Part shown: positions 53,664 to 64,000 of the stretch, piece by piece
How positions within the stretch are numbered: position 1 is the stretch's first letter
How the letters are laid out: every line of letters starts with the position of its first letter
NCBI RefSeq assembly: GCF_006345805.1
Contig: NC_043015.1
Location: forward strand, 10,664,001-10,728,000
Length of the DNA: 64,000 bases
Direction: 5' to 3'
Source: Octopus sinensis
Taxonomy: Eukaryota
Position numbers and translations under genes: made by a program
The notes under the pieces: generated by a model
Told to the model about the DNA's origin: nothing
Seen by the model: only the letters and a program-made list of their open reading frames with translations
Databases searched by the model: none

Positions 53664-54670
53664 TACGTAGTCTCGTCAATAATTATCCAAATTGTTGCTA
53701 TAGTAACGAAGGTAAAGCACGCAGACTAAAATCGTTTGAGACAGATTGATCATGAACGTTGTTGTGCATGCGCACTAAGTTATTATGTTCTAGCTCACTT
53801 TCTCTGCTTACAGCAGCGCTTGGAATGTACGTGTATACATGTGATCCTCGCAGACACCATGGCAGAAAGTAGAGCAGACAATCTGTCTCAATTTTGCCGA
53901 AAGCTTGGTGACACCTGCTCATAGGTCCACGCAAAATTCCAGAAAGTTTAGGAAGAGGAGTATATGAGGGAACGAGCGTTTCAGACGTTTCCAACGTGGC
54001 CTAAATATGACGATATTGACGAACCTTCTGGGAGACCCGCAACATGCAGAGCTAAGAATAACATCGCAGATATGCGAGCAACTGTGAGGGGAAATCGCAG
54101 AATTACCATCCCTGAGTTATCAGAGTGTGTGCAGATTAGATATGGTTCAGTTCAGCCCATTATCACCGAAGATTTTGGTATGAAACGCGTGTCAGCGAAG
54201 TTTGTACCAAAACGGCTTGAAGCACTTGGTTTTCAGTTGCACAAGATCTCTTTGACCGTGTCGAGAACGATGAAAACTTTTTGAAAACAATAAAAACGGC
54301 TGATGAATCGTGGATCTCTGGCTATGACACAAAAAAGGGTCAGATTTTGCAGTGGAAAATCCCAACATCTCCCAGAAAGCACGAATGGGTCGAAGCGATG
54401 CGAAGACATTGTTGACCGTTTGCTTCGACTAGAAGGGGATTGTTCATCATGATTATGCTCCGCCTGGTCAAGCAGTAAACAAGCGTGCTACCATGACATG
54501 GGATGCTATTCGTCGGAAAAGGCCACAATTGCATGCATCCGATGAGTGGCAATTGCACCATGACAACGCACTTACCCATTCAGTGCAGCTTGTGCAGCAG
54601 TTTTTGGTTGGGTACAGCATTCTCCGGGTCCAAAATACACCGTATGCCTTTGGTCTCACCCCTATGATCG
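53664..54670 (+). mobile_element. Decayed mariner (DD34D-type) element, 3'-truncated
   Basis: TACG...TCAATAATTATCC TIR-like start; SGRP, NRRIT, VSAKFVPKRL, TADESW..GYD, RRKRP...WQLHHDNA motifs with frameshifts. Confidence 0.85.
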
Positions 54671-56104
54671 TAAGCATTATCGATACTGGCCGTTATTTGA
54701 AACCCATTCACAAGAGTACCAGCGATATGCATATAGCCAAATATCTTGAATCATAAATCAACTATTTCGCAATAATTCTTCATAATAATCTCTATGGTCA
54801 TTGTAATCAGTAGAAGCATATTTCCATTAATATCACAGTAACAATCACCATTGTCATCATCAACAAATTATCATCGTCATCGTCATTACTGTCGTTATCA
54901 TCATCATCATCATGAGTTTCATGATCGTCGTCAGGTCTTATCTTAATCTCCTATCGAAACTTCAGTGAGAAATCCCTGCAGGCATAACAAATAGGAACGG
55001 CGAGCAATAAAAAGCTCCAATGAGTATTGCATGCGCATACATTCACGCACAGATACATAGGTACACATTATATTTTTTATTACTTCATTATTGCTAGTGT
55101 TTGTTGTTGTTGTTGTGGTTGTTGTTGTTGTTGTTTTAGCTGCTGCCGCTGTTGTTGTTATAAATACAAATAATGAAAAAATGCAAAATAAATATTAATA
55201 GAACCGAAATATTTGATGACAAAAATCGAACAGGTAAATTTGAAAAAATAAAACTTTACAAAATGTAAATAAAATTCTATGAAAATAAATCAAACGTAAT
55301 TAAATCTTAATCAATCTTCAGTAATTTCTCTATATTTTAATTATAGAAATTCGCATTTATAGTTTGCTGAGTTTGATTAATGCAAACGTCGACTCCATTC
55401 AAAAATACAGTGCAGCTCATATTGTTTAGCTTTAGGATGAAATAGAAAATTTCGCTGGAATATCATGATACGGGTCATTGTTATTTGTGATATATTCATG
55501 CGTGAATGTATTTGCAAGTCTACACACACACACAGACACACGCACACATGCATGTATATATACAATTTTCCCTTTCTATCAATGTTCACAGCAAACCTCA
55601 GTACAGCAAAGAATGAATAAAACGGCAACTTTCATAAATAAATTTCATCCACAACTTCACATGAACGCATAACATAATACAGAACACTACTAACCTTACT
55701 GAAAATACCACTAAATCCCATACATCCATAAACCGTTCATATAACAGTATTATATTTACCATAATTGCACCACATCTAGAAGTACTTACCTCCCTTACAC
55801 ATAATATTTTTACTCAGGGACTACTAGACCCAAAACCGTTTTGATATCGGTGCGCATTCAAAGCCAGTGAACACCAACTGCCGAGAACGGTATGACTTTG
55901 AATTTCTTTAACAATTCATAATAATGACATTTATTTGTCTTAATTCTACATCAGTTAATCTAATTGTATATATTTATATATTTATCGATACTTTTCATAA
56001 AACAGCCTTTATTCTTTTGATATCCAATGTAAATTTTCGCTTTTTAGTCTTATTTTCACCATACATACAATCACATATATATATATATAGATATATATTC
56101 AGTA

Positions 56105-56460
56105 TTTGACCGCGTACGTATCGTTGGCGATTTTCTGTCTCCGTGTTCCCTTCCTTGGACTTTTCCTTTTTTCTATAATTCTGACGAAGACCTCCGCTCG
56201 AAACGTTAAATCCCCCTTCTTCCCTTCCTTTCTTGAGCGTCCAATAACACTATACTTATTCCACTTCCTCGCGTTGTGTTTTCTCTTTGTTCATGTTTCG
56301 ATTAACTATATTGGCCGTGATCTAGTAATCTCAAGATTAATCAGCCGAAATTACTACGATGATCCGGTTCTTGACTGAAGACTGAGGGGTTCGAATGTCC
56401 TGTCCATGTTTATTGTATCGTCTTCTATGAGTTATACGTTCTTGTCCATGTTGTATTTTT
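56105..56460 (+). repeat. (TA)n-embedded interspersed module(s) with a hammerhead-like motif at 56177-56211
   Basis: AATT-CTGACGA-A-GACC(TCC)GCTC-GAAA-CG-TT-AAAT; stems I and II are imperfect. Confidence 0.55.
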
Positions 56461-56469
56461 CTACATACC

Positions 56470-56520
<51 letters not shown>

Positions 56521-59309
56521 GGAGAGAGAAAGATGAATGTATATGCATATATGTATGAGTGTGTAATATATGCATGTTTGTCAATATTCATTCCTGCATG
56601 CATGTATTTTAATTATCACCTCTGATGAGAAATTCGATTAAGGCTGTTCAGCAAATGTTTGTAGTTTTGGGAGAAAAATATATTTATCTAACTTATTGTA
56701 TGTCTACTAAGTTTATATATATATATATCGCAACATATCGTTTTACTGATTGACCTGGAGTCGATTTGGACAGGTCATTTATGCGAAATAAATTGTTAGA
56801 CGTTCCCAGCATATCAATCAGCAGCTGCATTTCTCTGAAACTACAAAATTTAATATGCAAATAAGCGGATTGGCTACGTACTTCTCTGCGATTGGTCAAG
56901 TGAGGTAGACACCTCTGATAAGACCCTAGTAATGGTGGAACATCGGTGAAAAGTTTGAAGTTACGGAGAAATAAATTATTTCTCTTTATGAAATATTTTA
57001 TTACTGGAATATATTTTTTATAGAAGTAACATCCAGGTGAACCTTTAATAGACGAAACGGATGGATGTATAATTAAAGAATCAATAGCTGAACGCAGGCA
57101 TTAGAGCTAACTATACATTTATAAAATGTTATAAAATCCCGGGATGAAAACGCTTTTTGTCACAACATCGTCAGATATAACGTGGTTATATTTGACACAT
57201 ACATGAATTTGACACACACGCACAATCATGTATTTAAGTGAAGGTGCTTTTGAAACAGATTACAGTACAGTGCCGGTTATATAATTTGATATATCATTAT
57301 TAATAGATAGAACCAACATCCTGTTTTGAATAACACAAGAAAAACTGAAATGTGTCAACAATAGTGATAGCAAACTAATGGCAAAATACTAAGGAAAAAT
57401 CAACTCATGTACATTCGTAAGTTAATCAAATTCACTGTGGAATAATTTCAAATATCTCGATGATGATTTAGTCATAACAGGATTTTCAAGATCCATTTGG
57501 ATATAATATAAAGAGCTCGAGAAACAGACCAACATCACTCACATGCTTTATCGAAAGATAAGCCACTGGAGATCTTGCAATGTTAATAATATTATGGATG
57601 TTATTTTAAAAGACAATATAGAGAGCTAATTAATAACTACAACTCATTAAGAAAATGTTTGAATGGAAGCAGTGTTATGTTTTCCATTCAAAATTCTTGA
57701 AAGAAAATCTGTTTTGTATTTATTCAAATATTTCATGTGTGTGTGTCGGTGTGTCTCTCTGTCCGTCTGTCTCTGTATGGGTGTGTGTATGTGTGAGTGT
57801 GTGTGCCTGTGTGTGCCTTGTGCGTGCGTGTCTTTGTGTGTGATGTGTTCCCCTGCATGTGTGTGTGAGATAGAGACTGTACGCATATATCTATATGTTT
57901 GCATTTGAATTGCTACCAATATGCATTTTCGCTTCCATTTATGTGTACAGGTATGCATGTGTGTGAGTGTGTGCGACTCTTGCAGTTTCTATCTGCAACT
58001 CTTGTCAAGGAAGCACAAAATTTATTCTTATTTCCGTCTTGGCAAGTGGATTGTATATCATTCAGCTTCACTTATTTATTTCTACTAGCGACATTTATTA
58101 ACAAATTAATTCTGAAATAGGGATTTTCACAGAAACTCTTTAATGCAAAATCTAATCATTGGAAATAATTCAATTTGAATTTATATACTCAGTTTAAATT
58201 TGATCGTTGTGCACTGAAACTGAATTGAACAAACCAATGATTTAACCTTTATGCCGTCCACAACCTATTAGAAATAGCTTTCGTTTTTTCTCAAAATTGC
58301 TTCAGAATGTTTCAGAAAAAATATAAGGCATATTCCCTACTGAGGACAGAGTAATTTTACCTCGAAGAAATATTAGTTGGTCATAAAATTTCTGACAAGA
58401 AACATGAGCAATCATTGGATTTTCACAACTTATTGTTTGGTACAAGTAACGTTATGATTATTTAAACAGTATTTCTTTTAACTAACGTTTTGTAACATAG
58501 TATTCTGGTAAGACACTGTTAATCTGTTAATTGGAAAATGTCAGTTCTTTCCCAACCCATTTTTCATTTATTAATGCTTTCATTGATTTGTGTCATGGTA
58601 TACAGTATTCATTAATTATTCGTTTAAAGGTACGACCTGATATATGATGAAAAATATCTCATAAGGCCAGCGGCTGTAAAATGTACCCCATTTCTGCTTT
58701 AGATCAGAATTTATTCAATTAGGGCTAAACACCAATCATAACTGATTTGTCTCTCTCTGGCTATGTTGAATTATGGAAAACCAGCAAATACTCATTGTAT
58801 TCTGGTTCACGTCTGTTAACGGATAACTGGTGTTGCTGGTGTTATCACATTTAATATATAGATAATTAAATAACTAATTCAGATTAATAAACCGCGAGAA
58901 ACCAATAATAATAATCAAAATTACTCTTGTTTAACAAAGCAAATTCGCTGGCGAAAGTAACAAAGCGTCAGCTGCCCACAACTAGTTGATTATGATAACA
59001 GACTTTATTCAGATTTCGTGAAACCTACGAATGATTTGTGAGGTTTCAAACTTTCCGTTTCTACCTTCACGATTACACCTATCATTTTAATCCCGTTTGT
59101 GAATTTGGAAATAGAATTCTCCACATTCCAACACCATGTACGCAATTAAACTTCTTCAACGAAAACGCCCTTTGTATTTCCACTGCCATGAAGTCATACA
59201 TATGTTTTGAGGCTTCTCATATGGTTTATTTAAGGTACTACACCAGTCTTATAATTTTTTGCTGAATGCAAAAGGCATCGGTCCATCCTTCACTACTAAA
59301 AAGAAATGC

Positions 59310-61495
59310 TGGCGGAAAAGCAGGGGTGAGCGTTAGTCTCCCTAGAAAATCCTTCTCCTTATGGGTATAGATTAGATTTAAGTAACCTGCGAGTCATTTT
59401 TTAATGTTATATTGGTTCTCCAGTTTGCCATTGTATGTTTAATATATTTTAGTTTGTCATTTTAGTAGATCATTTTCCCCCAATCCTTGACTACTATGTC
59501 AGAGCGATTAGCTCTTATTTCTTTGTTGGATTGAACTGGCATATTCCAGATGATTGTACCCTGAGCGTTTTGTTGTACCTCGTTTGGCTCATGCTTATAC
59601 CACTTGCAGTCAGTTTTGATGTTTTAATATTAGCATATTATCCACTGGTTGTAACTTTTAATTTGTCGTGTCTAGACATTCAGACTTGGCAAGGACGGGG
59701 CAGCCCGAGATGATGTAGTCAACTGCTTTATTGTGCTGGTTGCGCATTCTACATTTGATTTTGAGGCCCGTTTTCAATATTTTGTTTTTATACTTGTTCG
59801 TTGACAGACATTGGTCTTGTGCGGCAAGAATCAGTCTTTCCGTTTCGGCTTTTAGTCCAGAGCTTTTCAGCCATTGTTGGCTTTTACTTAGGCTCACTTC
59901 TTCTCTGTCAAACCTTGTAAGGTATTGGCCATGAAGTAATTTCTCTCTCCCGCTCTTCTTCCGTATATTTTCTTATTCAGTTTTGAAGTTTTTTGCCTCT
60001 CTGACCATTTCTTCTATGTTGGGATCTGAGGTCAGTGTGTCAGTATCGTTTTCTTCCGTTTCGCAATTTTTCGCCTCCTTGTTTTAAAGACAAATGTGTT
60101 TTCTTTTTCTTATGTGGCTTTACTACATACAATATTCTTCCCCTCTTTGTTTCCAAGTACTCCGCTCGTCTAACTATTGTTATTTTATAGTAGTTTTCTA
60201 TCTAAATCAGGACAACAGCCTCCTTCTGAGCGGGATAGATTTATTCTGTCTGCATCAGCTTTTGGGTGATATGTTCGGCATGTTAGTAGTTTTCTGGTTT
60301 CTCTATCTAGGTTTCTTAATTCAATGATCTTCCAGTTTATTATGTTTAAACTGTTATTTATGACTGGTATGACATGCGCATTTATCCCTTTTATCTTATT
60401 TTTAGCATTAAGTTCAGGGTTTCATATTAGTCAAACCCTTCTGTATTACTCTCTCCTAATTTTGTCGTTCATTTCTGTGATGTATTTTAAGTAGATTTGT
60501 TTCTATTCCTAGATATTTGCATCGGCGCTTTTGTTCTAATTCTCTCATTTCTGTGTCAATATAGAGTGTAGTGCTTTCAGTGTTAATAATTTGCCTCTTC
60601 TAAGTGTGACTCTGGCATATTTCTCCAGCCCCATGCTCATTCCGATGCCATTGCTAAAAAAAGTTTTCTATGTTCCATGGTGATTTTAGTGTAAAGATTT
60701 GTGTTATCTATGTACAGGAGATGACTTGTTTTCTTGACCGTAGCACCTATATCCCATGGTAGTTTCGTTTCACAGGTTTGTTGGCGGGGTCAGAGAAAGG
60801 CAGAAAGCAGGGGTGACAATGACTCTCCCTGGAAAATCCCATTTTCTTATGGATATAGTGTTCTTATGGATATATAAGATGTGCGTCATTTTTTAATGCT
60901 ATACTGGTTTTCCAGTTTGCCATTGCATGTTTAATATATTTTAATACTGGTGGGGCTACCTTATATGTGTGGAGAGAAACAGTATCCATGAGTGTGGAAC
61001 ACTCTCGAATGCTTTCTGGTAATCAATACAAGTAATGTTCATTTTTGTCTTTCTCCTCTTACAGTCCGCTATAATTGCTCGGTTTAGCAGAAGCAGCTCC
61101 TTACAAGCATACATTCCTCTCTGGCACCATTTTTTTCTGGTAAGACGTTGTTGTTTCCCAGGTGCTTTATAAGTCAGTGTTAGATGACTGATGTTAGGGT
61201 ATTTTTAGGATGTTGATAGGCATGTTATTGGTCTATAATTTTGAAGGTGTGCTGTTTTGTTTCGAGGAATGAGGGTGGTTTCCCCTTCCAGCATCCAGTT
61301 GGGCTTAATTCTGGCTCACTTATCAGTAAATTGAACGCTGCTAATAAGTGGTTATGGGTACTGATTCAACCAGAAGTTGGATACCTTTTCTGTCGCTGGA
61401 GTTTTCCAGTTGCTGGTTCTCCTCAGTGTGTCCATGTTATTTTGGCCTTTGATGGTGGGCCATATCTGTTTTTCTATTGTGTTCCTCCTTTCCTT
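59310..61495 (-). mobile_element. Long decayed R4/Dong-type LINE (RT through endonuclease) plus an extra RT-core fragment
   Basis: NWKTP...NFWL, TTLIP..K...NYRPITCL, DYQKAFESVPHSWI, IFQG.SLSPLLF, NAKNKIKGIN, HPKAD.DR, WLKSSGLKAETE.LILAAQDQ, IISGCPVLAK, IIWNMPV...RANRSDIVV; a second QGD-type motif at 59310-59460; 5' end abuts (ATT)n. Confidence 0.85.
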
Positions 61496-61501
61496 TTCCC
61501 T

Positions 61502-61521
61502 GTTATTATTATTACTATTAC

Positions 61522-61559
<38 letters not shown>

Positions 61560-61667
61560 TATTATTATTATTATTATTATTATCACCAGCATCATTATTA
61601 TTATTATTATTATTTTTATTATCATCATCATCATCAACATCATTATTATTATTATTATTATTATTAC

Positions 61668-61700
<33 letters not shown>

Positions 61701-61705
61701 CATTG
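61502..61705. repeat. (ATT/CAT)n microsatellite
   Basis: Directly visible. Confidence 0.95.
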
Positions 61706-62717
61706 ATTGAGAGAGCAGCACATGCCATCAAAGTGACACTGGTGTCACTTTTATAAACGAAACCCAATAAATATATCATGACTGCCTCTCTGATAACGGT
61801 GTACAAGGTACATGCATCACAAACATATGTACGCGAAATGGTAATCTCATATCAAGATAAACAGGGCATGTCCTTGCAGGTGGGACCCAGTAAGAATTTC
61901 CTTTAGGTCGAGGAGCCCATACCGTTTAAAAAGTCTCTGAATAAGGTTTGTTTAAGAATGATGTACGTAACACCTATGTTTCTAGTGGTGAATTATTTGA
62001 AGCCCAAAGTATTTCTCTCGACACATGGCTGTGACACTCACCCACTTCGGTTCGTTTTCATTGATGCACATATCGCGAACCACTGAAATGCTCATCTGTT
62101 TAAATTTAACCAACTGAAAGGCAAACCTCTGGTATCGAGCAGCTTATTTGCAGTAGCGGATCTTTTACGCCAACACAAAACATGTACGTGACAACAATTC
62201 CAACCAATTAACATCAAAAGACAATAAAATAAAGTACTGGTTACGTATGGATCAATGTAATCGACAAATCTATCCCCTAAAATTTAAGGTCTTGTGACAA
62301 AAGTTATCTGGATTATTTCTATACAATTGTGGAACAGAAATTAACACATCCTTTATTTGTTTCGTTTGCTGTTCTGCTCCTTTGCTGCAATTACAGAATA
62401 TATATTAATTTTTACCCGAGAAATAATTAGTAATAAAATAACATTAATGATGTCTTTTCAAATATAAACTATATTCTCTATAAGAAATTGCTACTTTTGT
62501 AAAATGTTGAATTTATCTTGTTTGATTTGCCACAAGTTATGACACGCTGATGATTCCTATGAAAATTGAAACAGCACTATAGATGGCTACCAAAGACTAG
62601 AATCTATTAACTATATGCACTGAAACGATGTATGTATCCCCAATTCATATATAAATTCTACAGATTCAAATCTACTTGAAATTAGCTTAATTTGTGTGAG
62701 ATCGTTTCCCCTTCTAA

Positions 62718-63288
62718 TATTGAGTTGTCCGGAAAGTTCGTGTCGAGTTATAGCAGCTTAGTTTTCGACTTATTTTAGAGCATGTTTGAGTCCACAAAAT
62801 AGGATTTGACTACACCTCCATTTAGAGCACAGTTTAAGATATCTTTTCGTGGAAGAAGATTTATGTTCTTATAAAATGTGTTAATTTTGTAACCCTTTGA
62901 TATGAAAGATAAGAAAGTTCATTTTCCGTACTTGATGCTTTGGGAACCAGACAAAAATTGCTGCAGCTCGGCTGGGATGTGTTACCCCACCCTCCATATT
63001 CACCAGATATTGTTCCTTCGGATTTCCACTTATTCAGGTCTCTGCAGAATAGTCTTAATGGCAAAATTTTAAATTATTTGGATGACGTAAAAATTATACC
63101 TTGATGAATTCTTTGCCATGAAACTACCTCAATTCTGGGAGGAGGGTATTTTCAAGTTAAAGGCAAGATGGAGACCCATTATGCAACAAAATGGTTCATA
63201 TTTAGTTGATTAAAAATGTAAAGGCATGTATTTATTGTCCTTTTTCTTTCCTTTAAAAATCGGCATGAACTTTACGGACAGTCCAATA
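62718..63288 (+). mobile_element. Internally deleted non-autonomous mariner (~570 bp) with both TIRs
   Basis: TATTGAGTTGTCCGGAAAGTTCGTGTCGA and TCGGCATGAACTTTACGGACAGTCCAATA are inverted (23/29 identical) with TA ends; a short N-terminus is fused to TRQKLLQLGWDVLPHPPYSPDIVPSDFHLFRSLQNSL. Confidence 0.88.
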
Positions 63289-63884
63289 TTTAACAGCCAG
63301 TGGTACTGCGTGTTTAAAATATAATTGTTTGACATTTAAATAACACATGAACTGCTTTTGAAGGGATTAATATATATTGGAGATATGTGCATAATTAACA
63401 GGCCAGAGGTGATGAACTATATAACTGACATCACCAGTCCTATGTCCTGGAAAATAACTGGTTACCAGTTAAAACTTATTAGAACGACGCCACTAATAAA
63501 CTAATATTTAGCTACGAAACGTCGTCAGAGATATATTCGAGAAGGAAAGCATTTGTACGCACAACGGGAAAAGCAGTCAATATCCCATGGATCGACTTAA
63601 TTAATCTTAACGAGATGGTGTAAGTGATAGGACATTTGGCAGCATGCCACGCTATGCTGTTATAATATGATAGAAAAACAATGAAGCAAAGATCATGCTA
63701 TGCTAATACAGCAATGTATGTTTTTACAGCCAGGCTGCAAGCTGTGACCAGCACGTTAGTGGTGAATTATTTAATAGTAATGATTTGGCTAATTTACTAG
63801 AGAGACACACACATATACACTTACACATGCTCGCACACATATACACATACATTTATATGTGTATATGTACGCATGGATGAATGT

Positions 63885-63922
63885 ATGTATGTATATATAT
63901 ATATATATATATATATACATAC

Positions 63923-63956
<34 letters not shown>

Positions 63957-63963
63957 TATATAT

Positions 63964-63999
<36 letters not shown>

Positions 64000-64000
64000 A
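63885..64000. repeat. (TA)n microsatellite, representative of many such tracts across the window
   Basis: Similar tracts at ~4625, 5810, 8820, 9735, 10600-11160, 14045, 19010, 21075, 23340, 38590, 39230, 44965, 47780, 51405, 52630. Confidence 0.97.

Noticed and set aside
53694-53707. X-box-like GTTGCTATAGTAAC
   Set aside because: It lies within the 5' end of the mariner relic, so it is not evidence of a host promoter.
57135-57185. Minus-strand CTGACGA motif as a hammerhead
   Set aside because: GAAA is replaced by AAAA and stems I and II do not pair.

Overview
Very AT-rich eukaryotic genomic DNA saturated with microsatellites ((TA)n, (CA)n, (TAA)n, (CTA)n, (CTT)n) and decayed transposons. 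The SINE and LINE families look like those of cephalopod (octopus-type) genomes; this is inferred from recall and was not searched. No intact host gene can be named, and most supplied ORFs are microsatellite translations. Recognisable elements are tRNA-derived SINEs, five R4/Dong-type restriction-like-endonuclease LINE relics (one young), RTE LINE fragments, Gypsy relics with LTR/PBS/PPT, Tc1, mariner and hAT relics. The most notable signal is a set of short non-coding modules embedded in (TA)n tracts that carry type I hammerhead-ribozyme-like motifs with palindromic stem III. One has a fully canonical core (49906-49994). Its 270-bp module is present in one copy of a local duplication and absent from the other, and it sits inside a 3.45-kb inverted-repeat structure whose arms each carry another hammerhead-like motif. 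Weaker host-gene hints are an RFX X-box with a possible first exon (~19.3 kb) and a tandemly duplicated acceptor-flanked exon (~38 kb). Coordinates of decayed elements are approximate.
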